From the UHGV virus genome UHGV-1368206: a stretch of 49,512 nucleotides of DNA; one strand, 5' to 3'. The notes beneath the pieces were generated by a model that ran no database searches, had not been told where the DNA came from, and saw only the letters and a list, made by a program, of their open reading frames with translations. The stretch comes from a virus. The position numbers were made by a program, and so were the translations under genes. How positions within the stretch are numbered: position 1 is the first letter of the stretch; each line of letters starts with the position of its first letter. Shown one piece after another: positions 36,902-45,013 of this stretch.

Positions 36902-37143
36902 TTGTCGGCTCCTTCGGTAAGCATGGCGATGATTTCTTCCGGTGTCTCTTTCACGTCAATACGTTCTCCGGATGTCATTTTCAGGCTTGTCAGGCCAGCG
37001 AAATACATGCTGACGATGTGACCTGCGGCAACAAATACAGGCTCGTAGACTGTTTCTGGTTCCCAACCGTATGCGCCCTGGTGCTGTACCACGATTTTTT
37101 GTGTTAATTTCAGAAGAATCATTTTCTTACTCCCGCCAGGCAC
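36898..37143 (-). CDS. hypothetical early protein
   Basis: 81 aa, C-terminus …MLTEGADK. Confidence 0.4.
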   Translation of the reverse strand: MPGGSKKMILLKLTQKIVVQHQGAYGWEPETVYEPVFVAAGHIVSMYFAGLTSLKMTSGERIDVKETPEEIIAMLTEGADK

Positions 37144-37424
37144 TGGTTAAACAGGTTGGTCATTGGGTTTACGCCGCCAGGACGCTGGCGATACTGAACC
37201 GATGGATCGCTTTCGGTGATAGTTGTTGTGTCGATCAGGGTGTAGCGGAAGCTCCTGCACTCACCTTCCCGCTTTATCAGACCGTCACGGTTCAAATGCC
37301 ACAGGGAGGAATTGACCGCCGAGGAGTCAAGACCGGTACCGCGGCGAATATCCTGAAAGTTGCATCCCGGATGCAGGCCGATGAAGTTGATAACGGCTTG
37401 TTTGCCAGAATTCTTTTTCATCAA
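37119..37424 (-). CDS. hypothetical protein, possible winged-helix
   Basis: 101 aa, downstream of the helicase gene. Confidence 0.4.
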   Translation of the reverse strand: MMKKNSGKQAVINFIGLHPGCNFQDIRRGTGLDSSAVNSSLWHLNRDGLIKREGECRSFRYTLIDTTTITESDPSVQYRQRPGGVNPMTNLFNQCLAGVRK

Positions 37425-38851
37425 AATCCACCCCGCTTGGTTGGTTTTTCCTCTTTCTCGCGCCGGCGCTGACTGGCAGCTTCCTGATCGCAGTCATAAA
37501 TCGCTCCGTGACGCTGCTCGCAATAGACAACACCTGTCTCACCATGCCGGTTAAGGCGCAGCAGAAGCTCTGTGTCGCTTTGGTTAGCGTTCTCGTCGTA
37601 GGCGCCTTCACGGTAGATGGCCAGCCAGTAGTCGCAATCCTGTTCGATCTGACCGGTGTCGCGTGAATCGCTCGGCAGTGGTCGCTTGTTGGTTCGCTTC
37701 TCCAGATCTCGGTTAAGCTGGGTAAGCAGCACGACAACGCAGTCCAGCTCCTTGGCGAGCATCTTCAGGCCTTTGGTGATTAGCCCATAAGCAAGGTCGT
37801 TTCGTTCAGCTTTATCAGCGGTCATCAGCGTCAGGTAATCGACCAGCACCATTCCAACCTTTCCGCGCTCACGCTTGATTCGCCTTGCTTCAGAGGCGAT
37901 GTGCGCCAGCCCGACTCCAGGCGTGTCGTCGATCAGCAGGTTATTGGTGTCTATCAGGGCACTCATCACGCCAGTAGCTTTCCGAAGGTCGCCATCCCAG
38001 TCGCCGCGGTAACCAAAATCGTCCTTGGTCATATCCGGATAGAACAGGTTCGGCGTAAGACGTCCCTGTTGAGCGGTGATTTTTTCAACCATTTGCCCTT
38101 CTGGCATTTCCAGGGAGAACATCAATGCGGGAGCGTTTTCCACGGTGGCGCAGTTAACAGCCAGTTGCGTGTACAGAGTGGTTTTCCCCATCTTTGGTCG
38201 TGCACCGATGACAAACAGGCTTCCGCGTACAATTCGCTTCACACCAAGCAACTCATCGAGAGAACGGATCCCGGTAGACAGCCCGCGGGAACGACCGTCC
38301 GGTTTCATCCTTTCGTCAAATTCGGCCGACCAGTCATTTACGGCGTCATAAAACGTGCGAAGGCCTGTTCTTCTCCCGGTTTTGACGTGGTCGTTTATCT
38401 CAGTAAACAGACCCTGGATAGCGTCGAATTTCTGATCTGCCGTCATACCGTTTCTGGCATAGAGCAATTCGATCGCCTTCGTGGTTTTCTCGATGCCGTA
38501 CCGTTCCATTGCTGTCTCACGGACACGCATTGCATAGGCCACAATATTCGCCGCGCTTGGCGTGTTTTTTGACAGTTCAGCCAGGTATGCAAAGCCACCT
38601 ACCGATTCAGTCAGCGACTTGCTTTCCAGCGCATCGAACAGTGTCAGCAGGTCCACCGGCTTCTGGTCCCGGTACATCTGACGCATTTCGGCAAAAATGA
38701 CCTGGTGCGGTCGCGAGTAAAACGATTCTGGCTTGAGTATCGACAGAACTTTCTGAGTACGTTCGCTGCTGTCGTCATCCAGCAGGAGTCCACCCAGTAC
38801 GCTTTGCTCAGCCTCAATGCTGCTTGGAGGGGTCATGAATTCAGAGGTCAT
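37421..38851 (-). CDS. dnaB: replicative DNA helicase (DnaB family, P22 gp12-like)
   Basis: 476 aa with DnaB N-terminal motifs (IEAEQSVLGGLLLD), Walker A GARPKMGKTT and the RecA-like C-terminal domain. Confidence 0.85.
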   Translation of the reverse strand: MTSEFMTPPSSIEAEQSVLGGLLLDDDSSERTQKVLSILKPESFYSRPHQVIFAEMRQMYRDQKPVDLLTLFDALESKSLTESVGGFAYLAELSKNTPSAANIVAYAMRVRETAMERYGIEKTTKAIELLYARNGMTADQKFDAIQGLFTEINDHVKTGRRTGLRTFYDAVNDWSAEFDERMKPDGRSRGLSTGIRSLDELLGVKRIVRGSLFVIGARPKMGKTTLYTQLAVNCATVENAPALMFSLEMPEGQMVEKITAQQGRLTPNLFYPDMTKDDFGYRGDWDGDLRKATGVMSALIDTNNLLIDDTPGVGLAHIASEARRIKRERGKVGMVLVDYLTLMTADKAERNDLAYGLITKGLKMLAKELDCVVVLLTQLNRDLEKRTNKRPLPSDSRDTGQIEQDCDYWLAIYREGAYDENANQSDTELLLRLNRHGETGVVYCEQRHGAIYDCDQEAASQRRREKEEKPTKRGGF

Positions 38852-39737
38852 CGCAGGCCCCCTCTCGCGTCTTTACGTAAACGTCAACGTTCAGGAAGTA
38901 TTCAAGCGACTTGCGGCGCCATGTGCGACCAGTGCGGTTGTCCGGGCGATTCTCCAGCATCCAGCGGCAGTTGGTAGCGATGTAGTTCAGGTACGCTTCC
39001 CAGTCTGCCAGGGTGAACCCTGCACCGCCGAGCTGGCGGTTCGCTGCTCCGGCTTTTTTCCAGAAGTTGCGGATCATATTGCGACGCTTGTCAGTCAGGA
39101 CTCGTATTCCCTGGGCTTCAGGCAGTACACGGTGATAAACCTCAACCACCTGCTCACAGCTGAGAGACGATTTTTTCTTGTCCTGATTTTCTGTCGCTGA
39201 TGCACTCTCTCTTACGTTAGTAAGAGAGTTATTTAATATATTGTTATCTGTGGACACTGGCTGGACATCTGCTGGACACGACACGTCCGCATGCATTGAT
39301 ATAACTGCATTTGGGCTGGACACTGGCTGGACATCTGCTGGACAAAAATTTGACTGATATTCGTCATATTTGACCACTTTTAGAACAGTAAAACGGTTGT
39401 TCGATTTGGTGGTGATCATCCCCAGGTTCTGGAATTTACGGAGCAGTGATTTAACACGATCAGCAGTCAAACCCGTTTCCATCGCTAGTGTGTTTCGCCC
39501 TGTGATGAACTCGCCACGTTCACAGATCACATCTCCGACATCAGTCGATACCAGTGTCTGTTCGTGGTTAGCTCGCAGGAGAAGGTGAACCCACAAATGC
39601 GCCGCCTCTGCATCCTTATAGAACGGCACATCCATAATTTTACGGTGCAGCAAGGCAAACCCCTTACCGCCTTGTGTACGCGGTTGATGGAGCCTTCTGG
39701 CCTCTCTGGCTTCGGCTAAATTGGATACGTTACCCAC
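38841..39737 (-). CDS. replication initiator (lambda O / P22 gp18-like) with internal origin
   Basis: 298 aa with a winged-helix-like N-terminal domain. The origin iterons lie inside the coding sequence and translate as the peptide repeat CPADVQPVS x2. Confidence 0.6.
   Translation of the reverse strand: MGNVSNLAEAREARRLHQPRTQGGKGFALLHRKIMDVPFYKDAEAAHLWVHLLLRANHEQTLVSTDVGDVICERGEFITGRNTLAMETGLTADRVKSLLRKFQNLGMITTKSNNRFTVLKVVKYDEYQSNFCPADVQPVSSPNAVISMHADVSCPADVQPVSTDNNILNNSLTNVRESASATENQDKKKSSLSCEQVVEVYHRVLPEAQGIRVLTDKRRNMIRNFWKKAGAANRQLGGAGFTLADWEAYLNYIATNCRWMLENRPDNRTGRTWRRKSLEYFLNVDVYVKTREGACDDL
39229..39380. repeat. origin of replication: TGGACA-type iterons (two 28-bp direct repeats, about seven TGGACA cores at 11-bp phasing) plus an adjacent AT-rich segment
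   Basis: tggacactggctggacatctgctggaca occurs at 39241..39268 and 39307..39334, followed by aaaaatttgactgatattcgtcatatttgacc. Confidence 0.6.
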
Positions 39738-39963
39738 GGCCTCTCTCCTTGCGTTTCAGTTCTTCCAGGATGGCACGCATCTTCTCTGCCACAATCGGAT
39801 TAACCGTGCGGATGAAGCGGTCGCGGGTTATGTTTTTATGTACAGCGGTATGGTAATAGCGTGAATTTTTTGCCATTATTCCTCCTGCAACTACTGTCGT
39901 TTTTGCAATTGAAAGCCGTTGGTGTTCCAGCACCGCGGCTTTCGCCATTTCTGAAGTCTTCAC
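39730..39963 (-). CDS. small hypothetical basic protein
   Basis: 77 aa between the cII-position gene and the O-like gene. Confidence 0.35.
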   Translation of the reverse strand: MKTSEMAKAAVLEHQRLSIAKTTVVAGGIMAKNSRYYHTAVHKNITRDRFIRTVNPIVAEKMRAILEELKRKERGRG

Positions 39964-40508
39964 ATAACCCCCAGCATCGATGTCACCATCGTCATCAGTG
40001 GGCCTACCTGCTCCGGCATGAGGCGAAACAGCGAAGCGATGCCCTCGCTTACCTCCTTCAGTTTCTGATGCTCAGGTGCGTTAAGAAGCACTGCCTGCTT
40101 GGCCTCAGCACACTCTTTCATTGCCGAAGCTATCAGCGACATGGTGTCGTTCTGCGGTGCCAGCTTTGTTCGGAATTCCAGCGGTAAAACGGCCATGATT
40201 GCCGGTGTCAGCTGGCGAACGTTCTCGCGGTACTGATCGGAATCAAACCGGTTATCCAGGAAGCGAAAGAGTTTCTGCCGGGCCCGGCTGATATCGTCAG
40301 GAAAGCTGATTGAATCGCCGCCCTGCTCCCGGTACTCGTTGATGATCAGAGCAGAAACCACATCCTGATTGTCGATAGCCGAGGCCCAGGCCCTTACTGC
40401 ATCTCGGATCAGGTCATGATCGTGACACTGTTTTGTTTGAGCGCGATTTATCATCGCGGCCGGAACGAATCCGGTATTGTGTTGATACGTAAGTGATTGC
40501 ATTTGCAT
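39960..40508 (-). CDS. hypothetical protein in the cII position (possibly YdaT-like)
   Basis: 182 aa, immediately downstream of the cro-like gene. No HTH recognised. Confidence 0.4.
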   Translation of the reverse strand: MQMQSLTYQHNTGFVPAAMINRAQTKQCHDHDLIRDAVRAWASAIDNQDVVSALIINEYREQGGDSISFPDDISRARQKLFRFLDNRFDSDQYRENVRQLTPAIMAVLPLEFRTKLAPQNDTMSLIASAMKECAEAKQAVLLNAPEHQKLKEVSEGIASLFRLMPEQVGPLMTMVTSMLGVM

Positions 40509-40598
40509 TCCCTTAGTTAAATAGTTTCCAAATGGCTGATAATTCAGCCGTTAGATTTAATTTCCTGATTGTTAAAGAGCGTTGAGCTTTAACGCGGC

Positions 40599-40853
40599 TC
40601 AGGCGGCAGTGTCCGGATGCGGGAATAGTGCTGGAAGGTCAGGCCTAAACTCATACGCCTTGATCTCCCCGCCAACCGCACTAACAAGCTCAGGAACATG
40701 GACTGGCGAAATACGTTTCTTGCCATTAAGCCAGTCGCAAATTGTTGACTGTGCCTTACCGCAACGCTTCGCCAGTTCTTTCTGGCTACCAGCGATGGCA
40801 ATCGCTTTTTCTACTGCGGAGTTTTTCTCTACTGTTGGGGTCTTCATAATCAC
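40599..40853 (-). CDS. Cro-like HTH repressor
   Basis: HTH GSQKELAKRCGKAQSTICDWLNGKKRISP. Divergent from the cI-like gene. Confidence 0.6.
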   Translation of the reverse strand: MIMKTPTVEKNSAVEKAIAIAGSQKELAKRCGKAQSTICDWLNGKKRISPVHVPELVSAVGGEIKAYEFRPDLPALFPHPDTAA

Positions 40854-40968
40854 CTCAGCTATCAGTTTAAAGCGATTATGGTTATCACTTTAGCGAATGT
40901 CAATCGCATAGGCGATTTTTTGCTAAATAATCGCTTGAGCGATAGAGTTAAAGGAGTCGTTAACAGAG
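40854..40968. promoter_or_regulatory. OR-like divergent promoter/operator region
   Basis: A near-perfect palindrome atcgcttgagcgat (40930..40943) and a further atcgcttta half-site (40866..40874, reverse orientation), between the cro-like and cI-like genes. Confidence 0.5.
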
Positions 40969-41667
40969 GTGAATATGGGATTCTCGGAGCGCCTGGCGCA
41001 GGCAATGAAAAATGCTGGATATACTCAAGGCCGATTAGCCAAAGATGTCGGCATGGCTCAATCCAGCGTAAATAAGTTACTTAAGGATGCTAACGGTTCG
41101 CGTAAGACTGTTGAGATCGCCTCTGTACTTGGTGTACGTCCAGAATGGCTTTCTGCGGGTGAAGGAGAAATGCTCGCTTCTGGTATGCAAGAGCCATATA
41201 AGCCATACCAGGTTAAAGCCCCAGAAAATGGATTCTATCGCGTGGATGTTCTAGACGTTAAGGCCAGCGCTGGTCCAGGTTCGCTGGTCACCAGTGACTT
41301 TATTGAAACCATACGTGCCATTGAATACACAACTGAACAGGCTCGCGCTTTGTTTGGCAACCGGCCATCACAGCACGTTAAAGTGATCACGGTTAATGGC
41401 GATAGCATGGATGGCACTATTTCCCCTGGCGACCAAATATTTGTCGACACTGGCGTTACACATTTTGATGGCGACGGTGTGTATGTTTTCGTTTTCGGAA
41501 AAACTCTTCATGTGAAACGCCTACAGATGCAGCGTGACAGACTAGCTGTCATTTCAGACAACCCTATCTATGAAAAGTGGTACGTTGAAGCTGGGGATGA
41601 GGACACTTTCTATATCATGGCGAAAGTCCTGCTCAGGCAATCAATAGATTACAAACGTTTCGCATAA
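40969..41667 (+). CDS. CI-like repressor, HTH + LexA-type S24 autopeptidase
   Basis: N-terminal HTH (GYTQGRLAKDVGMAQSSVNKL) and a C-terminal S24 domain with a GDSM-equivalent (NGDSMDGTISPGDQIFVD) and catalytic Lys (HVKRL). Confidence 0.85.
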   Translation: MNMGFSERLAQAMKNAGYTQGRLAKDVGMAQSSVNKLLKDANGSRKTVEIASVLGVRPEWLSAGEGEMLASGMQEPYKPYQVKAPENGFYRVDVLDVKASAGPGSLVTSDFIETIRAIEYTTEQARALFGNRPSQHVKVITVNGDSMDGTISPGDQIFVDTGVTHFDGDGVYVFVFGKTLHVKRLQMQRDRLAVISDNPIYEKWYVEAGDEDTFYIMAKVLLRQSIDYKRFA

Positions 41668-41687
41668 CCCGCTCCGGCGGGTTTTTT
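41667..41687 (+). terminator. intrinsic terminator after the cI-like gene (acccgctccggcgggtttttt)
   Basis: 5-bp GC stem, 4-nt loop, U6. Confidence 0.6.
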
Positions 41688-41759
41688 ATTGCGCTCAAAC
41701 CGCCCTCCTTACCGCCACCCTAACTTTTCCAACCTCTTTATCTAATTTTTTTACCTCTT

Positions 41760-41860
41760 CCTCTAAAAAATATCGCTTTATCATTCAACTAATTATCGCA
41801 TTACCGATTATAAATATCGTTTTGGCGATTGACTCAAATAATCGCTTTAGCTATTGTTTA
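41760..41860 (+). promoter_or_regulatory. OL/PL-like region: operator half-sites ATCGCTTTA x2 and promoter TTGACT-17-TATTGT
   Basis: The -35 TTGACT is at 41829..41834 and the -10 TATTGT at 41852..41857, 17 nt apart. aataatcgctttagc in the spacer matches the OR motif aataatcgcttgagc. Confidence 0.5.
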
Positions 41861-42188
41861 GCCATCGAAACGAAACATCGATGCGGCCACCAGAGTTAAG
41901 CCGCGGCGGACAGCAAGTCGCCTGCTTTTTAACAACATGCAAAGTCGGAACAGCACTCAGTAATCCTGTTTAGACCCCAACGCAAATGTGCGGCGTAGCA
42001 CCGGGCGCGATCCGGTCGGTGTGAGGCTACCCCCTCGCGAGAGCGATAAAGGCGTGAGAACGGGAAACACGGACGGGATGAGAGGTGCGAAGCGCAAACA
42101 GATTTATTCCAGTCCATTCGAAGTTGAGTGGGCTGGGCTGAATTAAGCATTTCTCCCGCATCAGCGGGTAACGACAGAGGGTAAGGCG

Positions 42189-42407
42189 ATGGAACCAGAA
42201 TATTTCTGCACAATTACTTGCGAAACCACCTTAACGCATCTTTTCAGGGAGGATATCAACTATGAAGTCTTTCTGATTGACGGTGATTACTTTGTGGCTG
42301 ACCAGGAGGGCAACCAAAAAGAAGTTTTCAAATCTGATTACAACGAAAACGTCTGGCTTACTACTGATGGCAAAAGTGCTCGATTCATCGAGTGCAACGC
42401 GAGATAG
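42189..42407 (+). CDS. hypothetical acidic protein, first ORF of the early-left operon (not N-like)
   Basis: 72 aa, followed by a terminator. It has no Arg-rich motif. Confidence 0.4.
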   Translation: MEPEYFCTITCETTLTHLFREDINYEVFLIDGDYFVADQEGNQKEVFKSDYNENVWLTTDGKSARFIECNAR

Positions 42408-42408
42408 C

Positions 42409-42430
42409 AACCCGCTCCGGCGGGTTTTTT
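42409..42430 (+). terminator. intrinsic terminator (aacccgctccggcgggtttttt)
   Basis: Same hairpin sequence as at 41667 and 12671. Confidence 0.6.
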
Positions 42431-42551
42431 CATACCCAAACGGGTTCAACGAGCCTGTTTCGTTATGACAACCGGCGGCCATCCACCGCCAGAGATTAAG
42501 CGCAGAAGTCTTTCTTGTTCCGCTGGCCGGCGATAAGGCAACGAGGGTGAT

Positions 42552-42689
42552 ATGAATCACGATGAATTTGATGATGGTCGTTGCGGTATGTCGCGCCGGT
42601 GCTGGCGAAACCTGACCCGCATCTGCATTGGCTTGATAGCCATATACCTGCTGATTGCCTTGTTTGTGATGGAGGTCTTCCATGATTAG
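42552..42689 (+). CDS. 45-aa peptide with C-terminal TM helix (Kil/Hok-like candidate)
   Basis: Found by hand: MNHDEFDDGRCGMSRRCWRNLTRICIGLIAIYLLIALFVMEVFHD. The RBS gagggtga is upstream, and the ORF overlaps the next gene's start by 8 nt. Confidence 0.35.
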   Translation: MNHDEFDDGRCGMSRRCWRNLTRICIGLIAIYLLIALFVMEVFHD

Positions 42690-42888
42690 TCAGCACTACG
42701 GTACCCAGACCGTTAACCGCGGTGCCGTTCAGCCAGGCATGCTGGTTAAGCATCGCGACGGCACATGGACGGCATCAACTCACAAGCACGGCAAGCTGTA
42801 CCTTCACCGCGGCTGCGAACGTACCTACACCAAAGCTCTGCTCATCGAGATCTACCTCGATGGACGCGGAAACGGCTTAAGCAACTAA
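42682..42888 (+). CDS. small hypothetical protein
   Basis: 68 aa. Confidence 0.4.
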   Translation: MISQHYGTQTVNRGAVQPGMLVKHRDGTWTASTHKHGKLYLHRGCERTYTKALLIEIYLDGRGNGLSN

Positions 42889-42958
42889 CCAACCTATTCA
42901 ACCGATCTGCCTGGCAACAAGCGGGCGGGGTTCGTACACCAAAAATTCAGGAGAAACC

Positions 42959-43930
42959 ATGAGCGAAGTAACGGACTTAACTGTCATCGAAATCAAACCT
43001 GAGCAGGCGCCAGTGCTTTACGTTTCGGGTGGTCTTGACGCTTATCTTGAGCGCATCCGCCAGTCTGTAAACGAAGTGCCCGACCTGAGCACCAAGAAAG
43101 GACGCGATCGCGTGGCTTCATTGGCCGCGTCAGTTTCTCGCAGTAAAACGGCTATCGAAAAGCCTGGCCGCGAGTACCTGAAACGTCTGAAAGAGGCTGT
43201 GCGTCCTGCTGAGGCCGAAATTAAGAAATTCGTTGATGCGTGTGACGAGTTGCGCGACGAGACGCGCCGCCCGCTAACCGAGTGGGAAGCCGAGCAGGAG
43301 CGCATCAAGGCCGAAGAAGCCATGAACGCGCTACATGCCGAAGCTCTGGTGATGAACGAAGAATTCGACCGCCAGCGCGCCGCACAAATCGAAGCAGACC
43401 ACGAAATGGCACTGCTGATGAATGACAAGTTTGATCGTGAACGTGAAGAGCAGCTCCGTCTGGCGGAACAGGCACAGCGTGAACGTGATGAGCGACTGAA
43501 GCAAGAAGCGGCAGAACAAGCCCGCCGCGATGCCGAAGCGAAGCACAAAGCGGAGATTGAAGCCGCAGCGCGTCGCGAGGCTGAAGTGAAAGCACGTGCA
43601 GAGCTGGCTGAACGTCAGCGCATCGAAGCGGAGCAGCGTGCGGCACGCGAGAAGCAGGAAGCCGAAGCCCGGGCTGAGCGTGAAAAAGCCGCGGCAGTCG
43701 AAGCCGAGCGCCTTAAGGCAAAACAGGCAGAAGAAGCCCGCCTGGCTGAAGAAAAGCGCAGAGCCGAAGAGCAGGCAAAAAGAGAGGCTGACGTTAAACA
43801 CCGTAAGACTGTCGGCACCAATATTGTCAACGCGCTAACCAGTCATACCAGCATCACCCGCGAGCAGGCTATCGAAGTGCTTACGGCATTGAAAGATAAC
43901 CTGATCCCCTGCGCGACAATTCATTACTGA
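42959..43930 (+). CDS. phage protein with TolA-like Glu/Ala/Arg/Lys-rich coiled-coil repeat region
   Basis: 323 aa. Residues about 110-270 are low-complexity (EAEQRAAREKQEAEARAEREKAA…), and the N- and C-terminal ends look globular. Confidence 0.5.
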   Translation: MSEVTDLTVIEIKPEQAPVLYVSGGLDAYLERIRQSVNEVPDLSTKKGRDRVASLAASVSRSKTAIEKPGREYLKRLKEAVRPAEAEIKKFVDACDELRDETRRPLTEWEAEQERIKAEEAMNALHAEALVMNEEFDRQRAAQIEADHEMALLMNDKFDREREEQLRLAEQAQRERDERLKQEAAEQARRDAEAKHKAEIEAAARREAEVKARAELAERQRIEAEQRAAREKQEAEARAEREKAAAVEAERLKAKQAEEARLAEEKRRAEEQAKREADVKHRKTVGTNIVNALTSHTSITREQAIEVLTALKDNLIPCATIHY

Positions 43931-43938
43931 GGTGACTC

Positions 43939-44136
43939 ATGAATATCACATGCGAGTGCGCTGACATGCGCACATCTGTTGGCCCACACAACACTCTCAA
44001 AGTTGAGATGGAAGGCGTTGTGCTGGCCGGAACTGTAAAAACTAGGGACGTACTTCCCCAGCTCGACGGCGCAGAGGTGATCGAGTGGTTGGTTGAGCAG
44101 GGTTACGTCATCACCCATCAGGAGCGTGCAGCATGA
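43939..44136 (+). CDS. small hypothetical protein
   Basis: 65 aa, ATGA-coupled to the next ORF. Confidence 0.4.
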   Translation: MNITCECADMRTSVGPHNTLKVEMEGVVLAGTVKTRDVLPQLDGAEVIEWLVEQGYVITHQERAA

Positions 44137-44291
44137 CAGCGGCAGAACGATGGGACGAAGAGTCTTTCCTGCGTCTGATGCGCGACGTGATACCGGATAA
44201 GCCAGAGAGCGACAACGAGCCAGTCAATCTGGCCGCCGATCGGCAGAATCCGGTCATTGGCTGGGATGAGTTTGCGGGGAATTACACATGA
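44133..44291 (+). CDS. small hypothetical protein (52 aa)
   Basis: Found by hand: MTAAERWDEESFLRLMRDVIPDKPESDNEPVNLAADRQNPVIGWDEFAGNYT. ATGA-coupled at both ends. Confidence 0.35.
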   Translation: MTAAERWDEESFLRLMRDVIPDKPESDNEPVNLAADRQNPVIGWDEFAGNYT

Positions 44292-45013
44292 ACCTTGATG
44301 ATTTAGATGCGCCATTTGCCAGTGAGGATATTGAGTGGCGCATTCAGCAGGCGGGAAAAAACAATAACGGCATTTGGGCGAAGGTGTTGGCCTACGTAAC
44401 CAACCGCGCAATCATGAAGCGGCTGGATGAAGTATGCGGCAAGGCTGGCTGGCGTAACGAGTACCGAGATATTCCGAACAATGGCGGCGTTGAGTGCGGT
44501 ATTTCCATCAAGGTTGAAGGCGAGTGGATCACCAAGTGGGATGCGGCAGAAAACACACAAGTTGAAGCTGTGAAAGGTGGTCGCTCTGGCGCCATGAAGC
44601 GCGCCGCCGTGCAATGGGGGATCGGTCGTTACCTCTACAATCTGGAAGAAGGGTTCGCAGTGGTTTCAGCAACGCGCGCGCCGGGGTTCCACTACGCCAA
44701 ATCAAAAGAGGTTGGTCAGTTCTATTGGAAAGCTCCCGCACTGCCAGCCTGGGCACTGCCATCAGGTATTACAGTCGCGCAGAAAGAGCAACCTCATGAT
44801 GGATCTCAACACAGAGACCAGGCACCTCTGTCCGTGGATGCGGACAAAATCCTCGCCGAATTCTCTGCATACGCCGGCTCTGAAAACGATAGCGATCGGC
44901 TTAAGCATCGCTATGAAGACACATGGAAATTGCTTAACGGCTTTGCTGAGCACCAGAACAAATGCAAAGACGTTACTGGTATCCGACTTAAAGAGTTAAA
45001 ACAGGCGGCATAA
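44288..45013 (+). CDS. Rad52/Rad22-family single-strand annealing protein (Sak-like)
   Basis: GISIKVEGEWITKWDAAE…GGRSGAMKRAAVQWGIGRYLY is the Rad52 N-terminal core. It precedes the ssb gene. Confidence 0.7.
   Translation: MNLDDLDAPFASEDIEWRIQQAGKNNNGIWAKVLAYVTNRAIMKRLDEVCGKAGWRNEYRDIPNNGGVECGISIKVEGEWITKWDAAENTQVEAVKGGRSGAMKRAAVQWGIGRYLYNLEEGFAVVSATRAPGFHYAKSKEVGQFYWKAPALPAWALPSGITVAQKEQPHDGSQHRDQAPLSVDADKILAEFSAYAGSENDSDRLKHRYEDTWKLLNGFAEHQNKCKDVTGIRLKELKQAA

Noticed and set aside
39229-39340. Direct repeats with spacer considered as a mini-CRISPR array
   Set aside because: There are only two 28-bp copies, made of 11-bp phased TGGACA cores, lying inside the initiator gene next to an AT-rich tract. 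These are origin iterons, not CRISPR.
42231-42753. Minus-strand ORFs of 150 and 85 aa
   Set aside because: They run antisense through ORF 42189..42407 and across its intrinsic terminator, and their composition is implausible.
43042-43801. Three long minus-strand ORFs (168, 113 and 156 aa), rich in Ser/Arg/Cys/Phe/Leu, plus 43615..43830
   Set aside because: They are antisense to the GAAGC/GCAGA-repeat coding region of the TolA-like gene. They are low-complexity artefacts with no RBS and an implausible composition.
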